A DNA stretch of 64,000 nt, taken from assembly GCA_964016885.1 (NCBI GenBank), contig OZ024759.1:23932001-23996000 (forward strand), in the 5' to 3' direction. How positions within the stretch are numbered: position 1 is the stretch's first letter; each line of letters starts with the position of its first letter. A program made the translations under genes and the position numbers. A model generated the notes under the pieces. It ran no database searches. It was not told the origin of the DNA and was given only the letters and a program-made list of their open reading frames with translations. Source of the stretch: Eledone cirrhosa. Taxonomy: Eukaryota. Below, in pieces: positions 10,735 through 26,133 of this stretch.

Positions 10735-13700
10735 ACCTCTTTTTGAGTAATCCCTTGCTTGTCTTTCAAGCAAGTTGGTCTTTGCTCCTATGGACGTATA
10801 AACCTTTACACTATCTCATAATCATTCCTATATTCGTCTTTTCAAGTCATGTGCTTTCACACTTTGAGCCCAGTTTACTTCGATATATCTCTATATATCT
10901 CTATCTTCCTTTTAACGGAAAACACCATGCTTTCTGGCTATCTCTCACCCAATCTACCTCATACTCTCTACCTCTTTTTGAGTAATCCCTTGCTTGTCTT
11001 TCAAGCAAGTTGGTCTTTACTCCTATGGACGTATAAACCTTTACACTATCTCATAACCATTCCTATATTCGTCTTTCCAAGTCATGTGCTTTCACACTTT
11101 GAGCCCAGTTTACTTCGATATATCCCTATATATCTCTATTTTCCTTTTAACGGAAAACACCATGCTGTCTGGCTATCTCTCTCCCAATCTACCTCATACT
11201 CTCTACCTCTTTTTGAGTAATCCCTTGCTTGTCTTTCAAGCAAGTTGGTCTTTACTCCTATGGACGTATAAACCTTTACACTATCTCATAACCATTCCTA
11301 TATTCGTCTTTCCAAGTCATGTGCTTTCACACTTTGAGCCCAGTTTACTTCGATATATCTCTATATATCTCTATTTTCCTTTTAACGGAAAACACCATGC
11401 TGTCTGGCTATCTCTCTCCCAATCTACCTCATACTCTCTACCACTTTTTGAGTAATCCCTTGCTTGTCTTTCAAGCAAGTTGGTCTTTGCTCCTATGGAC
11501 GTATAAACCTTTACACTATCTCATAACCATTCCTATATTCGTCTTTCCAAAACATGTGCTTTAACACTTTGAGCCCAGTTTACTTCGATATATCCCTATA
11601 TATCTCTATTTTCCTTTTAACGGAAAACACCATGCTGTCTGGCTCACTCTCTCCCTTATCTACCTCATGCGATCTACCTCTTTTTGAGTAATCCCTTGCT
11701 TGTCTTTCAAGCAAGTTGGTCTTTACTCCTATGGACGTATAAACTTTTACACTATCTCATAACCATTCCTATATTCGTCTTTCCAAGTCATGTGCTTTCA
11801 CACTTTGAGCCCAGTTTACTTCGATATATCCCTATATATCTCTATATTCCTTTTAACGGAAAACACCATGCTGTCTGGCTCTCTCTCTCCCTTATCTACC
11901 TCATGCGATCTACCTCTTTTTGAGTAATTCCTTGCTTGTCTTTCAAGCAAGTTGGTCATTACTCCTATGGACGTATAAACCTTTACGCTATCTCATAACC
12001 ACTCCTATATTCGTATTTCCAAGTCATGTGCTTTAACACTTTGAGCCCAGTTTACTTCGATATATCCCTATATATCTCTATTTTCCTTTTAACGGAAAAC
12101 ACCTTGCTGTCTGGCTATCTCTCTCCCAATCTACCTCATACTCTCTACCTCTTTTTGAGTAATCCCTTGCTTGTCTTTCAAGCAAGTTGGTCTTTACTCC
12201 TATGGACGTATAAACCTTTACACTATCTCATAACCATTCCTATATTCGTCTTTCCAAAACATGTGCTTTAACACTTTGAGCCCAGTTTACTTCGATATAT
12301 CCCTATATATCTCTATTTTCCTTTTAACGGAAAACACCATGCTGTCTGGCTCTCTCTCTCCCTTATCTACCTCATGCGATCTACCTCTTTTTGAGTAATC
12401 CCTTGCTTGTCTTTCAAGCAAGTTGGTCTTTACTCCTATGGACGTATAAACATTTACACTATCTCATAACCATTCCTATATTCGTCTTTGCAAGTCATGT
12501 GCATTAACACTTTGAGCCCAGTTTACTTCGATATATCTCTATATATCTCTATCTTCCTTTTAACGGAAAACACCATGCTGTCTGGCTATCTCTCACCCAA
12601 TCTACCTCATACTCTCTACCTCTTTTTGAGTAATCCCTTGCTTGTATTTCAAGCAAGTTGGTCTTTACTCCTATGGACGTATAAACCTTTACACTTTCTC
12701 ATAACCATTCCTATATTTATCTTTCCAAGTCATGTGCATTAACACTTTGAGCCCAGGTTACTTCGATATATCTCTATATATCTCTATTTTCCTTTTAACC
12801 GAAAACACCATGCTGTATGGCTATCTCTCTCCCAATCTACCTCATACTCTCTACCTCTTTTTGAGTAATCCCTTGCTTGTCTTTCAAGCAAGTTGGTCTT
12901 TACTCCTATGGACATATAAACCTTTACACTATCTCATAACCATTCCTATATTCGTCTTTCCAAAACATGTGCTTTAACACTTTGAGCCCAGTTTACTTCG
13001 ATATATCCCTATATATCTCTATTTTCCTTTTAACGGAAAACACCATGCTGTCTGGCTATCTCTCTCCCTTATCTACCTCATGCGATCTACCTCTTTTTGA
13101 GTAATTCCTTGCTTGTCTTTCAAGCAAGTTGGTCATTACTCCTATGGACGTATAAACCTTTACGCTATCTCATAACCACTCCTATATTCGTCTTTCCAAG
13201 TCATGTGCTTTAACACTTTGAGCCCAGTTTACTTAGATATATCCCTATATATCTCTATTTCCCTTTTAACGGAAAACACCTTGCTATCTGGCTATCTCTC
13301 CCCCAATCTACCTCATACTCTCTACCTCTTTTTGAGTAATCCCTTGCTTGTCTTTCAAGCAAGTTGGTCTTTACTCCTATGGACGTATAAAGCTTTACAC
13401 TATCTCATAACCATTCCTATATTCGTCTTTCCAAGTCATGTGCTTTCACACTTTGAGCCCAGTTTACTTCGATATATCTCTATATATCTCTATCTTCCTT
13501 TTAACGGAAAACACCATGCTGTCTGGCTCACTCTCTCCCTTATCTACCTCATGCGATCTACCTCTTTTTGAGTAATCCCTTGCTTGTCTTTCAAGCAAGT
13601 TGGTCTTTGCTCCTATGGACGTATAAACCTTTACACTATCTCATAATCATTCCTATATTCGTCTTTTCAAGTCATGTGCTTTCACACTTTGAGCCCAGTT

Positions 13701-16255
13701 TACTTCGATATATCTCTATATATCTCTATCTTCCTTTTAACGGAAAACACCATGCTGTCTGGCTATCTCTCACCCAATCTACCTCATACTCTCTACCTCT
13801 TTTTGAGTAATCCCTTGCTTGTCTTTCAAGCAAGTTGGTCTTTACTCCTATGGACGTATAAACCTTTACACTATCTCATAACCATTCCTATATTCGTCTT
13901 TCCAAGTCATGTGCTTTCACACTTTGAGCCCAGTTTACTTCGATATATCCCTATATATCTCTATTTTCCTTTTAACGGAAAACACCATGCTGTCTGGCTA
14001 TCTCTCTCCCAATCTACCTCATACTCTCTACCTCTTTTTGAGTAATCCCTTGCTTGTCTTTCAAGCAAGTTGGTCTTTACTCCTATGGACGTATAAACCT
14101 TTACACTATCTCATAACCATTCCTATATTCGTCTTTCCAAGTCATGTGCTTTCACACTTTGAGCCCAGTTTACTTCGATATATCTCTATATATCTCTATT
14201 TTCCTTTTAACGGAAAACACCATGCTGTCTGGCTATCTCTCTCCCAATCTACCTCATACTCTCTACCACTTTTTGAGTAATCCCTTGCTTGTCTTTCAAG
14301 CAAGTTGGTCTTTGCTCCTATGGACGTATAAACCTTTACACTATCTCATAACCATTCCTATATTCGTCTTTCCAAAACATGTGCTTTAACACTTTGAGCC
14401 CAGTTTACTTCGATATATCCCTATATATCTCTATTTTCCTTTTAACGGAAAACACCATGCTGTCTGGCTCACTCTCTCCCTTATCTACCTCATGCGATCT
14501 ACCTCTTTTTGAGTAATCCCTTGCTTGTCTTTCAAGCAAGTTGGTCTTTACTCCTATGGACGTATAAACTTTTACACTATCTCATAACCATTCCTATATT
14601 CGTCTTTCCAAGTCATGTGCTTTCACACTTTGAGCCCAGTTTACTTCGATATATCCCTATATATCTCTATATTCCTTTTAACGGAAAACACCATGCTGTC
14701 TGGCTCTCTCTCTCCCTTATCTACCTCATGCGATCTACCTCTTTTTGAGTAATTCCTTGCTTGTCTTTCAAGCAAGTTGGTCATTACTCCTATGGACGTA
14801 TAAACCTTTACGCTATCTCATAACCACTCCTATATTCGTATTTCCAAGTCATGTGCTTTAACACTTTGAGCCCAGTTTACTTCGATATATCCCTATATAT
14901 CTCTATTTTCCTTTTAACGGAAAACACCTTGCTGTCTGGCTATCTCTCTCCCAATCTACCTCATACTCTCTACCTCTTTTTGAGTAATCCCTTGCTTGTC
15001 TTTCAAGCAAGTTGGTCTTTACTCCTATGGACGTATAAACCTTTACACTATCTCATAACCATTCCTATATTCGTCTTTCCAAAACATGTGCTTTAACACT
15101 TTGAGCCCAGTTTACTTCGATATATCCCTATATATCTCTATTTTCCTTTTAACGGAAAACACCATGCTGTCTGGCTCTCTCTCTCCCTTATCTACCTCAT
15201 GCGATCTACCTCTTTTTGAGTAATCCCTTGCTTGTCTTTCAAGCAAGTTGGTCTTTACTCCTATGGACGTATAAACATTTACACTATCTCATAACCATTC
15301 CTATATTCGTCTTTGCAAGTCATGTGCATTAACACTTTGAGCCCAGTTTACTTCGATATATCTCTATATATCTCTATCTTCCTTTTAACGGAAAACACCA
15401 TGCTGTCTGGCTATCTCTCACCCAATCTACCTCATACTCTCTACCTCTTTTTGAGTAATCCCTTGCTTGTATTTCAAGCAAGTTGGTCTTTACTCCTATG
15501 GACGTATAAACCTTTACACTTTCTCATAACCATTCCTATATTTATCTTTCCAAGTCATGTGCATTAACACTTTGAGCCCAGGTTACTTCGATATATCTCT
15601 ATATATCTCTATTTTCCTTTTAACCGAAAACACCATGCTGTATGGCTATCTCTCTCCCAATCTACCTCATACTCTCTACCTCTTTTTGAGTAATCCCTTG
15701 CTTGTCTTTCAAGCAAGTTGGTCTTTACTCCTATGGACATATAAACCTTTACACTATCTCATAACCATTCCTATATTCGTCTTTCCAAAACATGTGCTTT
15801 AACACTTTGAGCCCAGTTTACTTCGATATATCCCTATATATCTCTATTTTCCTTTTAACGGAAAACACCATGCTGTCTGGCTATCTCTCTCCCTTATCTA
15901 CCTCATGCGATCTACCTCTTTTTGAGTAATTCCTTGCTTGTCTTTCAAGCAAGTTGGTCATTACTCCTATGGACGTATAAACCTTTACGCTATCTCATAA
16001 CCACTCCTATATTCGTCTTTCCAAGTCATGTGCTTTAACACTTTGAGCCCAGTTTACTTCGATATATCCCTATATATCTCTATTTCCCTTTTAACGGAAA
16101 ACACCTTGCTATCTGGCTATCTCTCCCCCAATCTACCTCATACTCTCTACCTCTTTTTGAGTAATCCCTTGCTTGTCTTTCAAGCAAGTTGGTCTTTACT
16201 CCTATGGACGTATAAACCTTTACACTATCTCATAACCATTCCTATATTCGTCTTT
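10735..16255 (+). repeat. 12-monomer higher-order tandem duplication, period 2825 bp
   Basis: Variant monomers match at a constant offset of 2825: 10849/13674, 11319/14144, 11684/14509, 12026/14851, 12488/15313, 12732/15557, 13203/16028. Shared rare alleles include aaacattt, ttgcaag, cccaggtt, taaccgaa and tgtatgg. Confidence 0.92.
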
Positions 16256-16968
16256 CCAAAACATGTGCTTTAACACTTTGAGCCCAGTTTACTTCGATAT
16301 ATCTCTATATATCTCTATCCTCCTTTTAACGGAAAACACCATGCTGTCTGGCTATCTCTCTCCCTTATCTACCTCATGCGATCTACCTCTTTTTGAGTAA
16401 TTCCTTGCTTGTCTTTCAAGCAAGTTGGTCATTACTCCTATGGACGTATAAACCTTTACGCTATCTCATAACCACTCCTATATTCGTCTTTCCAAGTCAT
16501 GTGCTTTAACACTTTGAGCCCAGTTTGCTTCGATATATCCCTATATATCTCTATTTCCCTTTTAACGGAAAACACCTTGCTATCTGGCTATCTCTCTCCC
16601 AATCTACCTCATACTCTCTACCTCTTTTTGAGTAATCCCTTGCTTGTCTTTCAACCAAGTTGGTCTTTACTCCTATGGACGTATAAACCTTTACACTATC
16701 TCATAACCATTCCTATATTCGTCTTTCCAAGTCATGTGCTTTCACACTTTGAGCCCAGTTTACTTCGATATATCTCTATATATCTCTATCTTCCTTTTAA
16801 CGGAAAACACCATGCTGTCTGGCTATCTCTCACCCAATCTACCTCATACTCTCTACCTCTTTTTGAGTAATCCCTTGCTTGTCTTTCAAGCAAGTTGGTC
16901 TTTACTCCTATGGACGTATAAACCTTTACACTATCTCATAACCATTCCTATATTCGTCTTTCCAAGTC

Positions 16969-19317
16969 ATGTGCTTTAACACTTATATCCCAGTTTACTT
17001 CGATATATCTCTATATATCTCTATCTTCCTTTTAACGGAAAACAACTTGCTGTCTGGCTATCTCTCTCCCATTCTACCTCATACTCTCTACCTCTTTTTG
17101 AGTAATCCCTTGCTTGTCTTTCAAGCAAGTTGGTCTTTACTCCTATGGACGTATAAACCTTTACACTATCTCATAACCATTCCTATATTCATCTTTCCAA
17201 CTCATGTGCTTTAACATTTTGAGCCCAGTTTACTTCGATATATCCCTATATATCTCTATTTTCTTTTTAACGAAAAACACCATGCTGTCTGGCTATCTCT
17301 CTCCCAATCTACCACATACTCTCTACCTCTTTTTGAGTAATCCCTTGCTTGTCTTTCAAGCAAGTTGGTCTTTACTCCTATGGACGTATAAACCTTTACA
17401 CTATCTCATAACCATTCCTATATTCGTCTTTCCAAGTCATGTGCTTTAACACTTTGAGCCCAGTTTACTTCGATATATCCCTATATATCTCTATTTTCCT
17501 TTTAACGGAAAACACCTTGCTGTCTGGCTATCTCTCTCCCAATCTACCTCATACTCTCTACCTCTTTTTGAGTAATCCCTTGCTTGTCTTTCAAGCAAGT
17601 TGGTCTTTACTCCTATGGACGTATAAACCTTTACACTATCTCATAACCATTCCTATATTCGTCTTTCCAAGTCATGTGCTTTCACACTTTGAGCCCAGTT
17701 TACTTCGATATATCTCTATATATCTCTATCTTCCTTTTAACGGAAAACACCATGCTGTCTGGCTATCTCTCTCCCAATCTACCTCATACTCTCTACCTCT
17801 TTTTGAGTAATCCCTTGCTTGTCTTTCAAGCAAGTTGGTCTTTACTCCTATGGACGTATAAACCTTTACACTATCTCATAACCATTCCTATATTCGTCTT
17901 TCCAAGTCATGTGCTTTAACACTTTGATCCCAGTTTACTTCGATATATCTCTATATATCTCTATCTTCCTTTTAACGGAAAACAACTTGCTGTCTAGCTA
18001 TCTCTCTCCCATTCTACCTCATACTCTCTACCTCTTTTTGAGTAATCCCTTGCTTGTCTTTCAAGCAAGTTGGTCTTTACTCCTATGGACGTATAAACCT
18101 TTACACTATCTCATAACCATTCCTATATTCGTCTTTGCAAGTCATGTGCATTAACACTTTGAGCCCAGTTTACTTCGATATATCTCTATATATCTCTATT
18201 TTCCTTTTAACGAAAAACACCATGCTGTCTGGCTATCTCTCTCCCAATCTACCTCATACTCTCTACCTCTTTTTGAGTAATCCCTTGCTTGTCTTTCAAG
18301 CAAGTTGGTCTTTACTCCTATGGACGTATAAACCTTTACACTATCTCATAACCATTCCTATATTCATCTTTCCAAGTCATGTGCTTTAACATTTTGAGCC
18401 CAGTTTACTTCGATATATCCCTATATATCTCTATTTTCCTTTTAACGAAAAACACCATGCTGTCTGGCTATCTCTCTCCCAATCTACCACATATCTCTAC
18501 CTCTTTTTGAGTAATCCCTTGCTTGTCTTTCAAGCAAGTTGGTCTTTATTCCTATGGACGTATAAACCTTTACACTATCTCATAACCATTCCTATATTCG
18601 TCTTTCCAAGTCATGTGCTTTAACACTTTGAGCCCAGTTTACTTCGATATATCCCTATATATCTCTATTTTCCTTTTAACGGAAAACACCTTGCTGTCTG
18701 GCTATCTCTCTCCCAATCTACCTCATACTCTCTACCTCTTTTTGAGTAATCCCTTGCTTGTCTTTCAAGCAAGTTGGTCTTTACTCCTATGGACGTATAA
18801 ACCTTTACACTATCTCATAACCATTCCTATATTCGTCTTTCCAAGTCATGTGCTTTAACACTTTGATCCCAGTTTACTTCGATATATCTCTATATATCTC
18901 TATCTTCCTTTTAACAGAAAACAACTTGCTGTCTGGCTATCTCTCTCCCATTCTACCTCATACTCTCTACCTCTTTTTGAGTAATCCCTTGCTTGTCTTT
19001 CAAGCAAGTTGGTCTTTACTCCTATGGACGTATAAACCTTTACACTATCTCATAACCATTCCTATATTCGTATTTCCAAGTCATGTGCTTTAACATTTTG
19101 AGCCCAGTTTACTTCGATATATCCCTATATATCTCTATTTTCCTTTTAACGGAAAACACCATGCTGTCTGGCTATCTCTCTCCCAATCTACCTCATCCTG
19201 TCTACCTCTTTTTGAGTAATCCCTTGCTTGTCTTTCAAGCAAGTTGGTCTTTACTCCTATGGACGTATAAACCTTTACACTATCTCATAACCATTCCTAT
19301 TTTCGTCTTTCCAAGTC
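16969..19317 (+). repeat. Diverged ~4-monomer periodicity (~940 bp) in a stretch lacking B-type monomers
   Basis: The monomer marked by atcccag + aacaacttg + cccattcta occurs at 16969, 17909 and 18848. Confidence 0.7.
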
Positions 19318-20704
19318 ATGTGCTTTAACACTTTGAGCCCAGTTTACTTCGATATATCTCTATATATCTCTATTTTCCTTTTAACGGAAAACACCATGTT
19401 GTCTGGCTATCTCTCTCCCAATCTACCTCATACTCTCTACCTCTTTTTGTGTAATCCCTTGCTTGTCTTTCAAGCAAGTTGGTCTTTACTCCTATGGACG
19501 TATAAACCTTTACACTATCTCATAACCATTCCTATATTCGTCTTTCCAAGTCATGTGCTTTAACACTTTGAGCCCAGTTTACTTCGATATATCTCTATAT
19601 ATCTCTATTTTCCTTTTGACGGAAAACACCATGCTGTCTGGCTATCTCTCTCCCAATCTACCTCATACTCTCTAGCTCTTTTTGAGTAATCCCTTGCTTA
19701 TCTATCAAGCAAGTTGGTCTTTACTCCTATGGACGTATAAACCTTTACACTATCTCATAACCATTCCTATATTCGTCTTTGCAAGTCATGTGCATTAACA
19801 CTTTGAGCCCAGTTTACTTCGATATATCTCTATATATCTCTATTTTCCTTTTAAAGAAAAACACCATGCTGTCTGGCTATCTCTCTCCCAATCTACCTCA
19901 TACTCTCTACCTCTTTTTGAGTAATCCCTTGCTTGTCTTTCAAGCAAGTTGGTCTTTACTCCTATGGACGTATAAACCTTTACACTATCTCATAACCATT
20001 CCTATATTCGTCTTTCCAAAACATGTGCTTTAACACTTTGAGCCCAGTTTACTTCGATATATCCCTATATATCTCTGTTTTCCTTTTAACGGAAAACACC
20101 ATGCTGTCTGGCTCTCTCTCTCCCTTATCTACCTCATGCGATCTACCTCTTTTTGAGTAATTCCTTGCTTGTCTTTCAAGCAAGTTGGTCATTACTCCTA
20201 TGGACGTATAAACCTTTACGCTATCTCATAACCACTACTATATTGGTCTTTCCAAGTCATGTGCTTTAACACTTTGATCCCAGTTTACTTCGATATATCC
20301 CTATATATCTCTATTTTCCTTTTAACGGAAAACACCTTGCTGTCTGGCTATCTCTCTCCCAATCTACCTCATACTCTCTACCTCTTTTTGAGTAATCCCT
20401 TGCTTGTCTTTCAAGCAAGTTGGTCTCTACTCCTATGGACGTATAAACCTTTACACTATCTCATAACCATTCCTATATTCGTCTTTCCAAAACATGTGCT
20501 TTAACACTATGAGCCCAGTTTACTTCGATATATCTCTATATATCTCTATCTTCCTTTTAACGGAAAACACCATGCTGTCTGGCTATCTCTCACCCAATCT
20601 ACCTCATACTCTCTACCTCTTTTTGAGCAATCCCTTGCTTGTCTTTCAAGCAAGTTGGTCTTTGCTCCTATGGACGTATAAACCTTTACACTATCTCATA
20701 ATCA

Positions 20705-23700
20705 TTCCTATATTCGTCTTTCCAAGTCATGTGCTTTCACACTTTGAGCCCAGTTTACTTCGATATATCTCTATATATCTCTATTTTCCTTTTAACGGAA
20801 AACACCATGCTGTCTGGCTATCTCTCTCCCAATCTACCTCATACTCTCTACCTCTTTTTGAGTAACCGTTGCTTGTCTTTCAAGCAAGTTGGTCTTTACT
20901 CCTATGGACGTATAAATCTTTACACTATCTCATAACCATTCCTATATTCGTCTTTCCAAAACATGTGCTTTAACACTTTGAGCCCAGTTTACTTCGATAT
21001 ATCCCTATATATCTCTATTTTCCTTTTAACGGAAAACACCATGCTGTCTGGCTCTCTCTCTCCCTTATCTACCTCATGCGATCTACCTCTTTTTGAGTAA
21101 TCCCTTGCTTGTCTTTCAAGCAAGTTGGTCTTTACTCCCATGGACGTATAAACCTTTACACTATCTCATAACCATTCCCATATTCGTCTTTCCAAGTCAT
21201 GTGCTTTAACACTTTGAGCCCGGTTTACTTCGATATATCTCTATATATCTCTATTTTCCTTTTAACGGAAAACACCATGCTGTCTGGCTATCTCTCTCCC
21301 AATCTACCTCATACTCTCTACCTCTTTTTGAGTAATCCCTTGCTTGTCTTTCAAGCAAGTTGGTCTTTACTCCTATGGACGTATAAACCTTTACACTATC
21401 TCATAACCATTCCTATATTCGTCTTTCCAAGTCATGTGCTTTCACACTTTGAGCCCAGTTTACTTCGATATATCTCTATATATCTCTATCTTCCTTTTAA
21501 CGGAAAACACCATGCTGTCTGGCTATCTCTCTCCCAATCTACCTCATACTCTCTAGCACTTATTTAGTAATCCCTTGCTTGTCTTTCAAGCAAGTTGGTC
21601 TTTACTCCTATGGACGTATAAACCTTTACACTATCTCATAACCATTCCTATATTCGTCTTTCCAAGTCATGTGCTTTCACGCTTTGAGCCCAGTTTACTT
21701 CGATATATCTCTATATATCTCTATTTTCCTTTTAACGGAAAACACCATGCTGTCTGGCTATCTCTCTCCCAATCTACCTCATACTCTCTACCTCTTTTTG
21801 AGTAATCCCTTGCTTGTCTTTCAAGCAAGTTGGTCTTTGCTCCTATGGACGTATAAACCTTTACACTATCTCATAACCATTCCTATATTCGTCTTTCCAA
21901 AACATGTGCTTTAACACTTTGAGCCCAGTTTACTTCGATATATCTCTATATAGCTCTATCTTCCTTTTAACGGAAAACACCATGCTGTCTGGCTATCTCT
22001 CAACCAATCTACCTCATACTCTCTACCTCTTTTTGAGTAATCCCTTGCTTGTCTTTCAAGCAAGTTGGTCTTTACTCCTATGGACGTATAAACCTTTACA
22101 CTATCTAATAACCACTCCTATATTCGTCTTTCCAAGTCATGTGCTTTAACACTTTGAGCCCAGTTTACTTCGATATATCCCTATATATCTCTATTTTCCT
22201 TTTAACGGAAAACACCTTGCTGTCTGGCTATCTCTCTCCCAATCTACCTCATACTCTCTACCTCTTTTTGAGTAACCCTTGCTTGTCTTTCAAGCAAGTT
22301 GGTCTTTACTCCTATGGACGTATAAACCTTTACACTATCTCATAACCATTCCTATATTCGTCTTTCCAAAACATGTGCTTTAACACTTTGAGCCCAGTTT
22401 ACTTCGATATATCCCTATATATCGCTATTTTCCTTTTAACGGAAAACACCATGCTCTCTGGCTATCTCTCTCCCAATCTACCTCATACTCTCTACCTCTT
22501 TTTGAGTAATCCCTTGCTTGTCTTTCAAGCAAGTTGGTCTTTACTCCTATGGACGTATAAACCTTTACACTATCTCATAACCATTCCTATATTCGTCTTT
22601 CCAAGTCATGTGCTTTCACACTTTGAGCCCAGTTTACTTCGATATATCTCTATATATCTCTATCTTGCTTTTAACGGAAAACACCATGCTGTCTGGCTAT
22701 CTCTCTCCCAATCTACCTCATACTCTCTACCTCTTTTTGAGTAATCCCTTGCTTGTCTTACAAGCAAGTTGGTCTTTGCTCCTATGGACGTATAAACCTT
22801 TACACTATCTCATAACCATTCCTATATTCGTCTTTCCAAAACATGTGCTTTAACACTTTGAGCCCAGTTTACTTCGATATATCCCTATATATCTCTATTT
22901 TCCTTTTAACGGAAAACACCATGCTGTCTGGCTCACTCTCTCCCTTATCTACCTCATGCGATCTACCTCTTTTTGAGTAATCCCTTGCTTGTCTTTCAAG
23001 CAAGTTGGTCTTTACTCCTATGGACGTATAAACTTTTACACTATCTCATAACCATTCCTATATTCGTCTTTCCAAGTCATGTGCTTTCACACTTTGAGCC
23101 CAGTTTACTTCGATATATCTCTATATATCTCTATTTTCCTTTTAACGGAAAACACCATGCTGTCTGGCTATCTCTCTCCCAATCTACCTCATACTCTCTA
23201 CCTCTTTTTGAGTAACCGTTGCTTGTCTTTCAAGCAAGTTGGTCTTTACTCCTATGGACGTATAAATCTTTACACTATCTCATAACCATTCCTATATTCG
23301 TCTTTCCAAAACATGTGCTTTAACACTTTGAGCCCAGTTTACTTCGATATATCCCTATATATCTCTATTTTCCTTTTAACGGAAAACACCATGCTGTCTG
23401 CCTCTCTCTCTCCCTTATCTACCTCATGCGATCTACCTCTTTTTGAGTAATCCCTTGCTTGTCTTTCAAGCAAGTTGGTCTTTACTCCCATGGACGTATA
23501 AACCTTTACACTATCTCATAACCATTCCCATATTCGTCTTTCCAAGTCATGTGCTTTAACACTTTGAGCCCGGTTTACTTCGATACATCTCTATATATCT
23601 CTATTTTCCTTTTAACGGAAAACACCATGCTGTCTGGCTATCTCTCTCCCAATCTACCTCATACTCTCTACCTCTTTTTGAGTAATCCCTTGCTTGTCTT

Positions 23701-25480
23701 TCAAGCAAGTTGGTCTTTACTCCTATGGACGTATAAACCTTTACACTATCTCATAACCATTCCTATATTCGTCTTTCCAAGTCATGTGCTTTCACACTTT
23801 GAGCCCAGTTTACTTCGATATATCTCTATATATCTCTATCTTCCTTTTAACGGAAAACACCATGCTGTCTGGCTATCTCTCTCCCAATCTACCTCATACT
23901 CTCTAGCACTTATTTAGTAATCCCTTGCTTGTCTTTCAAGCAAGTTGGTCTTTACTCCTATGGACGTATAAACCTTTACACTATCTCATAACCATTCCTA
24001 TATTCGTCTTTCCAAGTCATGTGCTTTCACGCTTTGAGCCCAGTTTACTTCGATATATCTCTATATATCTCTATTTTCCTTTTAACAGAAAACACCATGC
24101 TGTCTGGCTATCTCTCTCCCAATCTACCTCATACTCTCTACCTCTTTTTGAGTAATCCCTTGCTTGTCTTTCAAGCAAGTTGGTCTTTGCTCCTATGGAC
24201 GTATAAACCTTTACACTATCTCATAACCATTCCTATATTCGTCTTTCCAAAACATGTGCTTTAACACTTTGAGCCCAGTTTACTTCGATATATCTCTATA
24301 TAGCTCTATCTTCCTTTTAACGGAAAACACCATGCTGTCTGGCTATCTCTCAACCAATCTACCTCATACTCTCTACCTCTTTTTGAGTAATCCCTTGCTT
24401 GTCTTTCAAGCAAGTTGGTCTTTACTCCTATGGACGTATAAACCTTTACACTATCTAATAACCACTCCTATATTCGTCTTTCCAAGTCATGTGCTTTAAC
24501 ACTTTGAGCCCAGTTTACTTCGATATATCCCTATATATCTCTATTTTCCTTTTAACGGAAAACACCTTGCTGTCTGGCTATCTCTCTCCCAATCTACCTC
24601 ATACTCTCTACCTCTTTTTGAGTAACCCTTGCTTGTCTTTCAAGCAAGTTGGTCTTTACTCCTATGGACGTATAAACCTTTACACTATCTCATAACCATT
24701 CCTATATTCGTCTTTCCAAAACATGTGCTTTAACACTTTGAGCCCAGTTTACTTCGATATATCCCTATATATCGCTATTTTCCTTTTAACGGAAAACACC
24801 ATGCTCTCTGGCTATCTCTCTCCCAATCTACCTCATACTCTCTACCTCTTTTTGAGTAATCCCTTGCTTGTCTTTCAAGCAAGTTGGTCTTTACTCCTAT
24901 GGACGTATAAACCTTTACACTATCTCATAACCATTCCTATATTCGTCTTTCCAAGTCATGTGCTTTCACACTTTGAGCCCAGTTTACTTCGATATATCTC
25001 TATATATCTCTATCTTGCTTTTAACGGAAAACACCATGCTGTCTGGCTATCTCTCTCCCAATCTACCTCATACTCTCTACCTCTTTTTGAGTAATCCCTT
25101 GCTTGTCTTACAAGCAAGTTGGTCTTTGCTCCTATGGACGTATAAACCTTTACACTATCTCATAACCATTCCTATATTCGTCTTTCCAAAACATGTGCTT
25201 TAACACTTTGAGCCCAGTTTACTTCGATATATCCCTATATATCTCTATTTTCCTTTTAACGGAAAACACCATGCTGTCTGGCTCACTCTCTCCCTTATCT
25301 ACCTCATGCGATCTACCTCTTTTTGAGTAATCCCTTGCTTGTCTTTCAAGCAAGTTGGTCTTTACTCCTATGGACGTATAAACTTTTACACTATCTCATA
25401 ACCATTCCTATATTCGTCTTTCCAAGTCATGTGCTTTCACACTTTGAGCCCAGTTTACTTCGATATATCTCTATATATCT
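20705..25480 (+). repeat. 10-monomer higher-order tandem duplication, period 2350 bp
   Basis: Constant offset 2350: 20729/23079, 21199/23549, 21669/24019, 21904/24254, 22139/24489, 22373/24723, 22608/24958, 22973/25323. Shared rare alleles include aaccgttg, cccggtt, cacgcttt, caaccaat, atcgcta and tcttgctt. Confidence 0.95.
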
Positions 25481-26133
25481 CTATCTTCCTTTTAACGGAA
25501 AACACCATGCTTTCTGGCTATCTCTCACCCAATCTACCTCATACTCTCTACCTCTTTTTGAGTACTCCCTTGCTTGTCTTTCAAGCAAGTTGGTCTTTAC
25601 TCCTATGGACGTATAAACCTTTACACTATCTCATAACCATTCCTATATTCGTCTTTCCAAGTCATGTGCTTTCACACTTTGAGCCCAGTTTACTTCGATA
25701 TATCCCTATATATCTCTATTTTCCTTTTAACGGAAAACACCATGCTGTCTGGCTATCTCTCTCCCAATCTACCTCATACTCTCTACCTCTTTTTGAGTAA
25801 TCCCTTGCTTGTCTTTCAAGCAAGTTGGTCTTTACTCCTATGGACGTATAAACCTTTACACTATCTCATAACCATTGCTATATTCGTCTTTCCAAGTCAT
25901 GTGCTTTCACACTTTGAGCCCAGTTTACTTCGATATATCCCTATATATCTCTATTTTCCTTTTAACGGAAAACACCATGCTGTCTGGCTATCTCTCTCCC
26001 AATCTACCTCATACTCTCTACCTCTTTTTGAGTAATCCCTTGCTTGTCTTTCAAGCAAGTTGGTCTTTACTCCTATGGACGTATAAACCTTTACACTATC
26101 TCATAACCATTCCTATATTGGTCTTTCCAAGTC

